From: a virus
Reading direction: 5' to 3' (one strand)
IMG/VR virus record: IMGVR_UViG_3300003309_000009
Coordinates: 47,859 to 111,858 of that record
Length of the DNA stretch: 64,000 bases
The notes under the pieces are model-generated. The model had not been told where the DNA came from. It saw only the letters and a list, made by a program, of their open reading frames with translations, and did no database searches. A program made the position numbers and the translations under genes. Below are positions 8,919-18,582 of the stretch, in pieces; the stretch's first letter is position 1; each line of letters begins with the position of its first letter.

Positions 8919-10514
8919 TTATTTACCTAGAGAAATTAAGTTTTGTAAAGACTCAATTTCTTCTTTCATTTGCTCACTTTGTCTAATAACAGATCCGTTA
9001 CTAAGGGTCATGAACGGATTAGCTTTCGCCCTGCTCGTAGGCTCAGCTTTAGACATCATATAAAACGTACCGACTTCTACCTGACTTCCATGTAATAGTT
9101 GTGAAGCTTCCACAGAGGTTTTTGCTTTCTTGGACCCGCGACCTGCCCGTGATGCACGATTGGCTGATACCAGGTTACAAGTTGCCGAATACGGCTTACA
9201 GTCGGTGGCGATACTTTCTGTAGTCAATTCACCATGTCTGTGTGTAGAGAAGATCTTATCCCTACGCAGGACTTGATCGAATTTCTTACGAATTCTATTC
9301 TCATCTAGTCGCTCTGGATTTTCATTTGATAGTTGGAAAAGGAAGGTGAAAATATTAGAACGAATATCAAATAATAGGTGACTTACTGTAGTGAGTTCTT
9401 TGTCATACATACTACCTTCGTCAGTATGAACGATAATGTCCTGGAAATTAGTAATTAAATATCCCAGGAAATCAAAGAATGACTTACAAACAATGCCTTC
9501 GCTCGCTAATAGTTTTCTAAACTCGTTATCCATATAACCTCTAACGGAGTCCATATGCGTTAACATTGTAGAGTAGCTTTTACCTGGGGAATCAGGTACT
9601 TTAAAGATAAAGCGAGAAAGGATACGTGTCCAAAGTTCCGGTTCATCGAAATCATCTGGAGTTACAGTTTCACTACAATTATCAATGATGTAAAAGAGTG
9701 CAGAAAATACAGTGTCTAATTCTTTTACATATTGATCGGCGGGAATAGCAATGCGAATGTCTGAAGGAACATATTGACTGCGACCTTTATTGTTAGGAGG
9801 AAGTCTAACAGATCTAATGACAATATGCTCTCCAGTTTCCATGAGCTGATCTAGCTCCGGCCCACCGTATACTGCATCAACATTAAAATGCTCTTTCATG
9901 ACCTTTGTAAAGGCCTTATCGGCTAATAAATAATGAAGTAGTGTACAGTGTCTAGCTGAACGATCGGTGGCATTTACAATGTTGTAAAGTCGTGTATGGA
10001 CGATCGGTGCATTCACTTGCTGGTTGTTAAGCATGAATCTATAATCATGTTTATCAACAATAAGTCTAGCCCTAGGTACCTGGATGTAAATGCGCTTTCT
10101 TTCAATATTGAAAATACGCCCACCAATAACCGGACTGACCTTATACTGGGTACCATTTAAAAACATTAGACCACCATCCCTAACATAGGGTAGGAGGATA
10201 TAGCGTGTAGTTAAATGTTTACCATGCCAGCTAAAATTAAATTTAGCCATGAAGACATCAGATTTAGCGATAGAAAATTGTCTACGCATTCTAACAGTCT
10301 CCTGGAACTCCTCTAAGGGTGTGCACGGTTTACAGCCAGTATATGCTAGTCCTTCTGGAAAACCTTCAGCTGCAGCCAGCCAATAGCGATTTACCTCTTC
10401 TAGCACGTGTTTGGTCTGTGATACCGCAACACCCTCACAGATAGTTTTATTCATCGTCGGTCTACGACGATTAACAGCTTCTACCATTAATGGATCAAGC
10501 ATTTTCTTCCCCAT
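8919..10514 (-). CDS. Non-virion RNA polymerase beta subunit, N-terminal part (gp123-like)
   Basis: RDGGLMFLNGTQYKVSPVI resembles the beta GxFIINGxERV motif. Size and position two genes after the MCP fit. Confidence 0.85.
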   Translation of the reverse strand: MGKKMLDPLMVEAVNRRRPTMNKTICEGVAVSQTKHVLEEVNRYWLAAAEGFPEGLAYTGCKPCTPLEEFQETVRMRRQFSIAKSDVFMAKFNFSWHGKHLTTRYILLPYVRDGGLMFLNGTQYKVSPVIGGRIFNIERKRIYIQVPRARLIVDKHDYRFMLNNQQVNAPIVHTRLYNIVNATDRSARHCTLLHYLLADKAFTKVMKEHFNVDAVYGGPELDQLMETGEHIVIRSVRLPPNNKGRSQYVPSDIRIAIPADQYVKELDTVFSALFYIIDNCSETVTPDDFDEPELWTRILSRFIFKVPDSPGKSYSTMLTHMDSVRGYMDNEFRKLLASEGIVCKSFFDFLGYLITNFQDIIVHTDEGSMYDKELTTVSHLLFDIRSNIFTFLFQLSNENPERLDENRIRKKFDQVLRRDKIFSTHRHGELTTESIATDCKPYSATCNLVSANRASRAGRGSKKAKTSVEASQLLHGSQVEVGTFYMMSKAEPTSRAKANPFMTLSNGSVIRQSEQMKEEIESLQNLISLGK

Positions 10515-10585
10515 TTCCAGCTTTTGAGTTTTATTTTAAATAATGCAACATAGTCATCAGTTAATCGAATCATATTTTACACAAC

Positions 10586-11863
10586 TCACATTTTTGCTTT
10601 AACACCAGCGATTGTTAATACCACACCGACAAGACCGCCCACTACACGGATAATATCTGTGTAATTCTTGACCTTGCTCAATGCTGCATCTCTCTCAGCC
10701 TGGATTGCATCATGTTTCATTTTAGCAGCTAGCTTAATCTCTTCTGCCTCTGCTTTAGCTTTTCTAAAGTTAGCCTCCGCAACATCAGCAGCTTGTTTAA
10801 GCTCAAACATATCCCTATCATGCTTAAATTTAATTTCCTCGTGTTCCCTCTTAATCGAATCATGGCGTTCTTTATACTCCAGCTCCATCTCTCTAGCTTT
10901 CAACTCAATCATTGGTCGTAAAACATCATTACTGTTAATAGCACTAACAGCTTCTGCTTTAGATGCATAGATTTGAAATGGCTTATTATCCTCTAGAAGA
11001 ATTTCTTCATAAGAATAATGGGTTTCATAACGCCTGTTTTTCTCAGGAATACCATCTAGTTCAAAGAAGCCAAGACAATAAAATCCGTCTTTTTCTTCAG
11101 GTGATTCGATGGCTACGATAGGATAAATTAAATTATTAATAATTGTCCAGTATACATAGCCTGGAAATTTATTATTAACTGCACGAATACTAACTACAGC
11201 ACTGGTATGATCACCATATCTATCAAAGCGATTAAGATCAATGACCTTATTAAACTCTTGACAAAATGGATGACCTAGCCTCTCCGCTTGTTCTTTACTA
11301 GAATAAATGACTGCATCGGCTATAGGAATATAAATCCCATTTGGAGAATGAATAACATCTTCCACTTTATAGCTATGAATAACATCATCACCTCTAATGT
11401 AATTGCGACTAGCCTCTTTAGGGTTAGCGAAATTAGATTCTTTTGGAATCAAATCTTCCCATGGTCCCATATATCGATCACGTGTAGAGCCTGCATAATT
11501 AACTTGAAAATAAATCAAACCAGTATCACTGGCTCCTCTATCAAGTCCATCAATGCTTGGTGTAAGGCTACGTTGATAGGATGCAGTGTTATCGACTACC
11601 TTAGAGAATAAATAGGTAATGACACCATCTCGATTAACCATCCATAGGTCGCACTTACTGTGATTGTGAATATAGAGGTTTCTAGTTGCTACGGCTGTAG
11701 TGTTTTGCTTAATGCGTTTTAATAGAACTTCATTGTTAACATCAATAGTTCTATCCGCTAGATGGTACTTAGGTAGGTTGGTTTTATACACACTGTGTAA
11801 ACCACGACCATCATTAACATCCGAAATAGTTAAAGGTTCCGGTTCCGTTGATGAATTCCTCAT
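10586..11863 (-). CDS. Conserved protein (gp122-like) with C-terminal coiled coil and terminal hydrophobic helix
   Basis: Heptad-rich ELKAREMELE...RDAALSKVK region, then IIRVVGGLVGVVLTIAGV. It lies between the MCP and RNAP genes. Confidence 0.7.
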   Translation of the reverse strand: MRNSSTEPEPLTISDVNDGRGLHSVYKTNLPKYHLADRTIDVNNEVLLKRIKQNTTAVATRNLYIHNHSKCDLWMVNRDGVITYLFSKVVDNTASYQRSLTPSIDGLDRGASDTGLIYFQVNYAGSTRDRYMGPWEDLIPKESNFANPKEASRNYIRGDDVIHSYKVEDVIHSPNGIYIPIADAVIYSSKEQAERLGHPFCQEFNKVIDLNRFDRYGDHTSAVVSIRAVNNKFPGYVYWTIINNLIYPIVAIESPEEKDGFYCLGFFELDGIPEKNRRYETHYSYEEILLEDNKPFQIYASKAEAVSAINSNDVLRPMIELKAREMELEYKERHDSIKREHEEIKFKHDRDMFELKQAADVAEANFRKAKAEAEEIKLAAKMKHDAIQAERDAALSKVKNYTDIIRVVGGLVGVVLTIAGVKAKM

Positions 11864-11906
11864 ATTGTTTTTCTAATTCCTCAATACCTCTAATAGATAC
11901 AACTAG

Positions 11907-11930
11907 ATAATGTACGAATAAGATTTTTTT
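11907..11930 (-). promoter_or_regulatory. Candidate phage promoter, class B (minus strand AAAAAAATCTTATTCGTACATTAT)
   Basis: Near-identical to 62483-62507, with core GTACATTAT also at 23583-23591. All three are upstream of minus-strand operons. Confidence 0.6.
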
Positions 11931-11954
11931 GATTATAAGTTCAATAGTCCGGAC

Positions 11955-11985
11955 AAAAAGCCCCTGCTAATGCAGGGGCTTTTAT
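11955..11985 (-). terminator. Intrinsic terminator after the major capsid gene
   Basis: AAAAGCCCCTGC-TAAT-GCAGGGGCTTTT. Confidence 0.85.
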
Positions 11986-11999
11986 TCAATCAACTAAGA

Positions 12000-14096
12000 T
12001 TAGTTAGTTGTGAAAAGCTTGTCTTGATTAACCAAGTTAATCACACCCAATACTGGAAGTAATGCGTAGTGAGAACTCATTGGAATCATTTGAACAAGTT
12101 TACGAGTAGAACCACCAGATGATACGTTAGCATCGTAAACAACCGAAGGAGCTACAACGTGTGCACCAGAATCTAGTGGATGTGGTTGATCACCACGATC
12201 TTTACGACGTAGAGCAACTAACAACTTATCTTTAAAGAATTTCTCAGAACTAGCAGCGGTTACAGAGTCTGCAACACCACCGAAGGTCTTACCACGATCG
12301 ATGCCTGCGCGTTGTAGGTAGTTACCCATATCACTTGAAGTGATAACAACAACTTCATAGCCGTCTGCAGCGCCAGTAACGTATTCTGCAGCAGCGTCAT
12401 AACCTGATTCAGAAACCATTTGGTTAGCAGTAGATACAACTACAGAAGTCAATAGACCTTCAACGTTAACCAAGTTATCTTTACTGTTGTTACCAACTAG
12501 GTCAGTATCAAAGTCAATCAAATGTTCAACGAAAGTAGGCTTAACAAACGCACGACCAATAGCAGGGCTGTTGCTAGCGAAACCACCTTGTGATTGTAGA
12601 GTAGCAATCATACCTTTGATAGCACGTACAGCGTTAGCACGGTTACGTACAGCAACGATACCAGCAAGACTTTCAACAGTAGCACGAGTTTGCTTATTAA
12701 CAGGTGCAGTAGCGGCGATAGGACCACCACTCTTAATTGCTAGACGATAACCGTTGTTAACATCTAGGTCACTCAAGATACCTAGTTGACGCATGTTGCT
12801 ATTAGTACGACGGATGTCTGGGTCAATACCAACTGCTTCAAGAGTTAATAATGCTACAACTGCATCAAACGCAGCACCAGTAATTTCAACACCATCTTTA
12901 TCAATAACACCAGTTAGTGCTAAAGAACCAGCAGTGAATTCAGCTTCAGCTGTTTCAGTGTTAACTCGAGCAGAAACATTCAGTACAAATTCTAAAGAGA
13001 ATTTATCACCAGCAGCACCACCTAATGCAGAGTTAATTTGGTCTGCGCTAGCAGCTAGATCAACTTCAGATGCATAGATGTGAGTATTTGATACAGCGAT
13101 GTAATCGTGATCAGAACCATCGATAGTTTGAGCAAGTAGTGCACCAAACTGACCTTCAGTATCTTGTGAAAGAACTGAGTTATTACTACCTTCAGTAACT
13201 TTAATGTAAACAGTACCTAGGCCCATTACTGGATCAAGGGTGTCTTCGTGAGTGTAAACATTACCACCTAGTAAAGTTGGAGACTGTGAAACACCTTTAA
13301 GGTTAACTTGACCAAATTTCAAAGGACGAGTTTCAACAGTTACATTACCAACCATTACGTTCTTAGTTGCAACATCAGCACTTGCAACAAGGTATGCCGC
13401 AGTTGCAGTGTCAACGTAAGGTACAACTTTAACTGCACTTTCATCATCGATTAACTCAGAATCGATTAAGCAGTCAATCAAAGAATGCTTCTTATACTCA
13501 CCAGCAGCGCCACCAAGGCTATGCTTGTAACCGCTCCAAATACGAGGAACGTTAGTTTTAATATCGATACCGTTACCAGTGGTAACATACGTTGGGAATA
13601 GTGCTTCCATCCAAGATTCTTGAATAGTAGTACGAGCCGCAACCATCGCTGAAACCTGGGCGTATTTGTTAGCACTTGCAGGATCAAAACCTTCTTGGGC
13701 AATTACGTCGTTGTAGTGACCACCAGCCATTTTTGAAGGATCAACAACAATACCGTTACCACGGCTAGCTGACATTTCTGACATCCAAGCAGAAGCACTT
13801 TCTTCATTACTAGAAATAGCAAGGGCGATTGTGGCAGCTTCAGTAGCCATTGTGATTTGCTCTTCACTAGCACCTGGGAATACTTTGGCAAGAAGGTTGT
13901 CTTGTTCAAGCTTACCGGCAATCTCAGTGAAAGTATTTTGAACAGCTACCGCATCTGAATCAACTAATGCTTCAAAAGCAGGAACACGCTCACCAATCTC
14001 ATTAAGATTGTGGCCGTCATCGGCAAGGATACCAGTAAAGGTTTCAATAGCTACGTCGTAGCTGTTCTTTTTACCGTTTTTATAAATTTTTGACAT
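12000..14096 (-). CDS. Major capsid protein (gp120-like)
   Basis: 698 aa, alanine/valine-rich with biased codon use by eye. Propeptide ends near IAQE|GFD, followed by EALFPTYV and VETRPLKFG motifs. Own terminator; next to gp119-like and DnaB genes. Confidence 0.88.
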   Translation of the reverse strand: MSKIYKNGKKNSYDVAIETFTGILADDGHNLNEIGERVPAFEALVDSDAVAVQNTFTEIAGKLEQDNLLAKVFPGASEEQITMATEAATIALAISSNEESASAWMSEMSASRGNGIVVDPSKMAGGHYNDVIAQEGFDPASANKYAQVSAMVAARTTIQESWMEALFPTYVTTGNGIDIKTNVPRIWSGYKHSLGGAAGEYKKHSLIDCLIDSELIDDESAVKVVPYVDTATAAYLVASADVATKNVMVGNVTVETRPLKFGQVNLKGVSQSPTLLGGNVYTHEDTLDPVMGLGTVYIKVTEGSNNSVLSQDTEGQFGALLAQTIDGSDHDYIAVSNTHIYASEVDLAASADQINSALGGAAGDKFSLEFVLNVSARVNTETAEAEFTAGSLALTGVIDKDGVEITGAAFDAVVALLTLEAVGIDPDIRRTNSNMRQLGILSDLDVNNGYRLAIKSGGPIAATAPVNKQTRATVESLAGIVAVRNRANAVRAIKGMIATLQSQGGFASNSPAIGRAFVKPTFVEHLIDFDTDLVGNNSKDNLVNVEGLLTSVVVSTANQMVSESGYDAAAEYVTGAADGYEVVVITSSDMGNYLQRAGIDRGKTFGGVADSVTAASSEKFFKDKLLVALRRKDRGDQPHPLDSGAHVVAPSVVYDANVSSGGSTRKLVQMIPMSSHYALLPVLGVINLVNQDKLFTTN

Positions 14097-14153
14097 TTTG
14101 TTTTCCTAAGTTAACGTTAACAAAAATAATTAAGCGTTTTTCGAAAAAAGCCG

Positions 14154-14597
14154 TTAGATAACAGCCTGTTTAAACAGCGGCAATGAAATAAGCTCTTTTA
14201 AAGGCATTACTTTTGATAACGCTTTTAAAATCGTACGAAGATTATTCATTTCCTGAGGACTTTGTGAAAGCTCAACATTCGTTTCATAAATAACCAATGT
14301 CTTACTATCAGGACAACAAGCGCCCAACTCTGTGTAAGTGCCAGCTGAGGCCTTGCACGTGTCGTCACATATATGATAACTCCTTACAACATCTTCATCC
14401 TCGTTATAAGACAGATCATACTTACGCAATATCCCACATGAACCTTTATTTTGGTATGCGGTATCTCGTTCTATACCATTAAGTATATTAGCTGGGATTA
14501 AACGTTTGCGATTATGTTTTGTAAAACAGGATAGGGTAGGGTCTAATTCTTGAATGGCTGTAAATTTATCAAATGATAAAAAATAAATATCGAACAT
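14154..14597 (-). CDS. Head-associated protein (gp119-like)
   Basis: 147 aa immediately upstream of the MCP and divergent from DnaB, as recalled for chimalliviruses. Confidence 0.55.
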   Translation of the reverse strand: MFDIYFLSFDKFTAIQELDPTLSCFTKHNRKRLIPANILNGIERDTAYQNKGSCGILRKYDLSYNEDEDVVRSYHICDDTCKASAGTYTELGACCPDSKTLVIYETNVELSQSPQEMNNLRTILKALSKVMPLKELISLPLFKQAVI

Positions 14598-14646
14598 TAT
14601 CTTATACCTGAAAATGGTTTAGTATTAAGCTATAGGATTAAATAAA

Positions 14647-16182
14647 GTGATAGAAAATACAATTTTAACGCTAATCAAAAGTATTGGAATTATGTACTTC
14701 AATAATTTCTCGAAGGATTCCAATCAGAGTATCTATGATGAGGTACGTGATTCGTTAATAGATATTAAAGTTGAAAATAATAACGCGTCTATTGGCTCTG
14801 AAGATTCAGCCATTGATGCATTAAAAAGTACTGCGGAGTGGATGCTAAGTCAGGTTGTAGATACTGATTTTCAATTTAGTAGAGAAAACTTAATCACGCG
14901 ATTAAAAGTTAATTTGGTAGGTAATAACTTTTATATTGACACCGCTATTGAAATGCTGCGTGATGTTTCAATGATTGAGGCAGAAGCTCTAACTCGTGAA
15001 ATGTTAACTGAGTTAAGACATAATGCTAAGAAAGAAAGGTTAAGAAAAGCAATTCAGCAGGCGAATACTGAATTGAACTTTACCCAAAAGGTAGAAGATT
15101 ATAAAGTATTTGCGCAGAACATGATTAATATGCTGGAGGAGCATGCAGTAGCCTCCGGTAATGATGTAGGCGATCTTACCGGAAGTATTAGTACGGATGA
15201 TCCAGAAAGTATTATCCGTGCTTTAGAAAAGTCTCGTGATCAGTTCTCGGATGAGCGTACACTTAAAACCGGTTATCAATATTTAGATAGAGCATGTGGT
15301 GAACACAACGGTGTAGCTCGTGGCTACATGGTTAACTTTGGCGCTTTATCACACAACTATAAGTCTGGTATCCTTATTGACCTGTGTTTAAATATCCCTA
15401 GGTATAATGAACCGGTCATGATTGATGATACGAAGAAACCTTTAATTCTTCGTATTTCATTTGAGAACACAGTTGACCAAGACATTTTGATCATGTACAA
15501 GAAGTTGTATGAGATTGAATATAAGAAACGCATTAACATCCGCGATATTGATCCATATGAAGCGGCTACTTATGTTAGTGAATACTTCTCTAAACTGGGT
15601 TACACATTTAGACTTGAGCACCATGACCCAGGCAGACTATCAGCTTACGATGTAGTAAGCATTGTTGACAAATATGTACAGGATGGCTATGAGATCCATG
15701 CACTTGTTATCGACTATCTAACACTAACAGCAGATAATACCCCTGGGGTTAATCCAGACATTCGAATCATGAATGGCTATCAGATAGTACGTAATTACTG
15801 CCACCCAAAGGCTATTACTTGTTTCACAGCCCATCAATTATCAACTCAAGCAGAGGAAAGAGCGCGAGAGTTTCCAACGACACTAACCAAGGTTGTAAGG
15901 ACTGGTGGTTGGTATCAATATTGCAAAGGTCTTCATCAAAAGCTTGATTTGGAATTTGTAATGCACATTGTTAAACATGGAGATGGTCGGAAATATCTTA
16001 CAGTATCTCGTGGTAAACATCGTGGGGGCGAATTAACACCAGAGGCGCATTTACATTTTGTTTACCCATTTGAGGAATTTGGCGGTATTGTTCCAGATCA
16101 CGGTAAAGAAGAACCTGGTGGCTTAGATAAACTGCCAAGTATAGCAGCAGACAACCTAGATGATGGTTGGGAGGATGAATAA
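14647..16182 (+). CDS. dnaB: Replicative DnaB-like helicase (gp118-like)
   Basis: Variant Walker A GALSHNYKS, ISFENT, Walker B LVIDYL, TAHQLS and SRGKHRG. GTG start. Confidence 0.9.
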   Translation: MIENTILTLIKSIGIMYFNNFSKDSNQSIYDEVRDSLIDIKVENNNASIGSEDSAIDALKSTAEWMLSQVVDTDFQFSRENLITRLKVNLVGNNFYIDTAIEMLRDVSMIEAEALTREMLTELRHNAKKERLRKAIQQANTELNFTQKVEDYKVFAQNMINMLEEHAVASGNDVGDLTGSISTDDPESIIRALEKSRDQFSDERTLKTGYQYLDRACGEHNGVARGYMVNFGALSHNYKSGILIDLCLNIPRYNEPVMIDDTKKPLILRISFENTVDQDILIMYKKLYEIEYKKRINIRDIDPYEAATYVSEYFSKLGYTFRLEHHDPGRLSAYDVVSIVDKYVQDGYEIHALVIDYLTLTADNTPGVNPDIRIMNGYQIVRNYCHPKAITCFTAHQLSTQAEERAREFPTTLTKVVRTGGWYQYCKGLHQKLDLEFVMHIVKHGDGRKYLTVSRGKHRGGELTPEAHLHFVYPFEEFGGIVPDHGKEEPGGLDKLPSIAADNLDDGWEDE

Positions 16183-16185
16183 AAA

Positions 16186-16440
16186 ATGTTTTCGGTTATT
16201 ATTAATAGCAGGATGGAATCAACGCAGAAGCGGGAAGTAACTTCTTTAACCTGTGAGAACTTTAGAATTGTTGAAAAACCAAATGGTTTTCAACTTAACA
16301 TATTAAACGGTAAGAGTTGGGAAACTGTACCGACAAAACGGGGTGATGTTGTTAACATTTACGGGGACGGTTGCTTGGTTTTTTCAAGTGAATCTCAAGT
16401 AAATAAAAATGCCGAAACACCTTCCATAGTCATGCGATAG
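16186..16440 (+). CDS. Small hypothetical protein
   Basis: 84 aa, RBS GGGAGGA, tightly coupled to dnaB. Confidence 0.7.
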   Translation: MFSVIINSRMESTQKREVTSLTCENFRIVEKPNGFQLNILNGKSWETVPTKRGDVVNIYGDGCLVFSSESQVNKNAETPSIVMR

Positions 16441-16452
16441 GAGATCATCATT

Positions 16453-16935
16453 ATGTCAATTAAAGATCAATATAGTCGTCTAGATACCTGGCAGAAAGTT
16501 GTTGCTATTACTGTCGGGGCGATTGTCATCGTCACTAGTTGTTCAGCAGCATTAGGGTTAGAAATATCTAGCCCTGTATCAAAGGTCGAGTTTGAAAAAC
16601 ATGAGCAGGACTCTCGTTTAGATATCGAGGCCCTACAATGGCGTTCTCAAGAACACTACTTTGAGAATAAGCTAAAGAACCTTGAGATGCTTCATCGTAT
16701 TCAAGAGCAAGATCAGTACTATCGTAAAAAAGAAGAACGACAAATACGTAGGGAAATTCATCAGTATGAAAGCGAAAGTGGAAGTATCCCGCAATCCATT
16801 ATTGAAGATCAAGAAGATGCGAAAGCAGCGGTGGAAAAACTTAAGAGAGCTATCGAGTCAACGGAAAGTGAAATTAAAGAAACTAGGAAACAACTTAATT
16901 CCATCAAGATGCACAAATCAATGCCAAAAAAATAA
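16453..16935 (+). CDS. Membrane-anchored coiled-coil protein
   Basis: N-terminal hydrophobic VVAITVGAIVIVTSCSAALG followed by a long charged heptad region. RBS AGGAG. Confidence 0.75.
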   Translation: MSIKDQYSRLDTWQKVVAITVGAIVIVTSCSAALGLEISSPVSKVEFEKHEQDSRLDIEALQWRSQEHYFENKLKNLEMLHRIQEQDQYYRKKEERQIRREIHQYESESGSIPQSIIEDQEDAKAAVEKLKRAIESTESEIKETRKQLNSIKMHKSMPKK

Positions 16936-16977
16936 AGACACTATAAAAGAGAGTCCCTAGGGACTCTCTCTATGTTT
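16926..16977. repeat. Second copy of a 52-nt terminator cassette (50/52 identical to 7237-7288)
   Basis: AAAAAAATAAAG[A/G]CACTATAAAAGAGAGTCCCTAGGGACTCTCT[C/T]TATGTTT, aligned by eye. Confidence 0.9.
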
Positions 16978-17328
16978 AAGATCTGCTACCATCATAACTG
17001 AAATACAAGAGTTATCTTTCTTGGTACACAATCGCACATCGTTCGGTCTATAATACTTAACCACCATTGGATCACCCGGTAGCGCTCCGGTGACATCAAC
17101 GGTCAGATACTCAGCATTAGATGTTGTAATTAATAAAAAACCTAAGCTACTACTGGTATACTTAGAATCAATTTTAACATCTACAAACTTCCCAGCATCA
17201 AATATAACGATAGGCTCTACAAAGTTCTTATCAAATTTGATAAAAACAAACATTAGAAAGATAGCTACTACAGCTATAATTACCTTGATGAGACCCATGA
17301 AGCTTTTATTGTCGGTAAGGTTTTCCAT
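16957..17328 (-). CDS. Small single-pass membrane protein with a C-terminal Cys pair
   Basis: TM segment LIKVIIAVVAIFLMFVFI; C-terminal VRLCTKKDNSCISV. Confidence 0.7.
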   Translation of the reverse strand: MENLTDNKSFMGLIKVIIAVVAIFLMFVFIKFDKNFVEPIVIFDAGKFVDVKIDSKYTSSSLGFLLITTSNAEYLTVDVTGALPGDPMVVKYYRPNDVRLCTKKDNSCISVMMVADLKHRESP

Positions 17329-17674
17329 TATACCCCTCCAGGATATGTTGATAATTAATTACATTTACACAAATGTTAGACACATTGCAAATGGATATAT
17401 TGCTATTGACTCGTTTAACTAACTTTAAGTCTTCTCCTACCTGAAAGACTTCTTTAATACCTTTATTAAGATTCGTTTCAGCAAAGAGCTTATCTGTTAT
17501 TACCGATGATCTGTTCATCAGTTTTACTGAACCAACTGGTATACTCGATACTACACGAGTATCAGTCTTTCGTATGTTGTCAAGGCATACCAAGTTCAAT
17601 GCTATTAGAATGATTAATAATCCTAATATAAAAAGAACACTTTTAAGATTACCGCGTTCTTGATTTTCCCTCAT
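17306..17674 (-). CDS. Small single-pass membrane protein with a C-terminal Cys pair (probable paralog of 16957..17328)
   Basis: TM segment VLFILGLLIILIALNLVC; C-terminal ISICNVSNICVNV. Confidence 0.7.
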   Translation of the reverse strand: MRENQERGNLKSVLFILGLLIILIALNLVCLDNIRKTDTRVVSSIPVGSVKLMNRSSVITDKLFAETNLNKGIKEVFQVGEDLKLVKRVNSNISICNVSNICVNVINYQHILEGYNGKPYRQ

Positions 17675-17704
17675 ATCGATTTCCTATCAATTGATACTTA
17701 TTAT

Positions 17705-17811
17705 ATATCTGGCTCTTTAGTCAGACGCAGATAGTACTTCTCCACCTCCTAACTATATACGGGATGCTATCGCTACGGACAGAGGACCCATGTCGGGTCC
17801 TCTGTTTTTTT
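17705..17811 (+). ncRNA. Candidate small RNA with an anti-SD loop and intrinsic terminator
   Basis: Hairpin TCTGGCT-CTTT-AGTCAGA; stem ATAGT/ACTAT enclosing CTTCTCCACCTCCT; an 11-bp stem plus T7 oriented for the + strand inside a block of minus-strand genes. Confidence 0.4.
17779..17811 (+). terminator. Plus-strand intrinsic terminator with no plus-strand gene directly upstream
   Basis: ACAGAGGACCC-ATGTC-GGGTCCTCTGT followed by a T-run. There is no A-run on the left, so it is unidirectional. Confidence 0.75.
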
Positions 17812-17817
17812 CCGATT

Positions 17818-18561
17818 TTACGATTTTTGCATATGATGATGATTAAGAGTGTTAACGCGATCACAATCGTAAGTGATTAGCTTACCCAGATCAGCCACCA
17901 TTGAATCGAGATGTTCTTTAAAGGATAAGAATGCTTTAGTTAAAACATCTGTTGATAAGTGTGAGACTAATCGGTCATTAAAGAAATTAGCGACGGCTAT
18001 TTGACGGTTTGTACCATTCGAAAGAACAATATCTCGCATCACATTAATATCTTCATCTGAAACTTTATCACCCCAGTATTCTAAAAATGCGAAGCAATAC
18101 CGCTGGCGACCATATTCATTATCAGGACTAATGCAATCCAGATAGTCTTTAAAACAACCTACTCGAATTGCTTCACTAGCAGCGATGTCCACATAATGAC
18201 CTACAGACTTTTGAACAATCAACGCTGTATCTAACGAAATATTTTCCATTAACTTCTTATTGCGCTTAGTAAGGACAGCTACATTTCTTTTAGCAGTTGT
18301 TCCTGGTTCTACCGCTGCAGCGTAAATGGCTTTAGTTTCCGGAAGACTAAGGACATGCTTTTTAATACGCTTAGACAGAGCCTTGTGTCTGGGGAAGTGA
18401 TTAGTGGTATAAGATAGTGGGGATGCAATAAGACCATTATCATTGATAACCCCCTGGATATTATTCCAGGTTGCTTCTCCATCATTAATTAACTTATCAA
18501 TGCTATTTAAAATAACATCAACACGCTCTGCTTGCTTTAGTCGTTGTTCTTTTTTTGACAT
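17818..18561 (-). CDS. Hypothetical protein
   Basis: 247-aa ORF in the accessory operon. Confidence 0.75.
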   Translation of the reverse strand: MSKKEQRLKQAERVDVILNSIDKLINDGEATWNNIQGVINDNGLIASPLSYTTNHFPRHKALSKRIKKHVLSLPETKAIYAAAVEPGTTAKRNVAVLTKRNKKLMENISLDTALIVQKSVGHYVDIAASEAIRVGCFKDYLDCISPDNEYGRQRYCFAFLEYWGDKVSDEDINVMRDIVLSNGTNRQIAVANFFNDRLVSHLSTDVLTKAFLSFKEHLDSMVADLGKLITYDCDRVNTLNHHHMQKS

Positions 18562-18582
18562 GGTTTTTTCCTTACCAGTTAT

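Noticed and set aside
15330-15365. Non-canonical DnaB Walker A (GALSHNYKS) as a sign of an inactive helicase
   Set aside because: I recall this variant being normal for phiKZ-like DnaB homologs, and the other motifs are intact.
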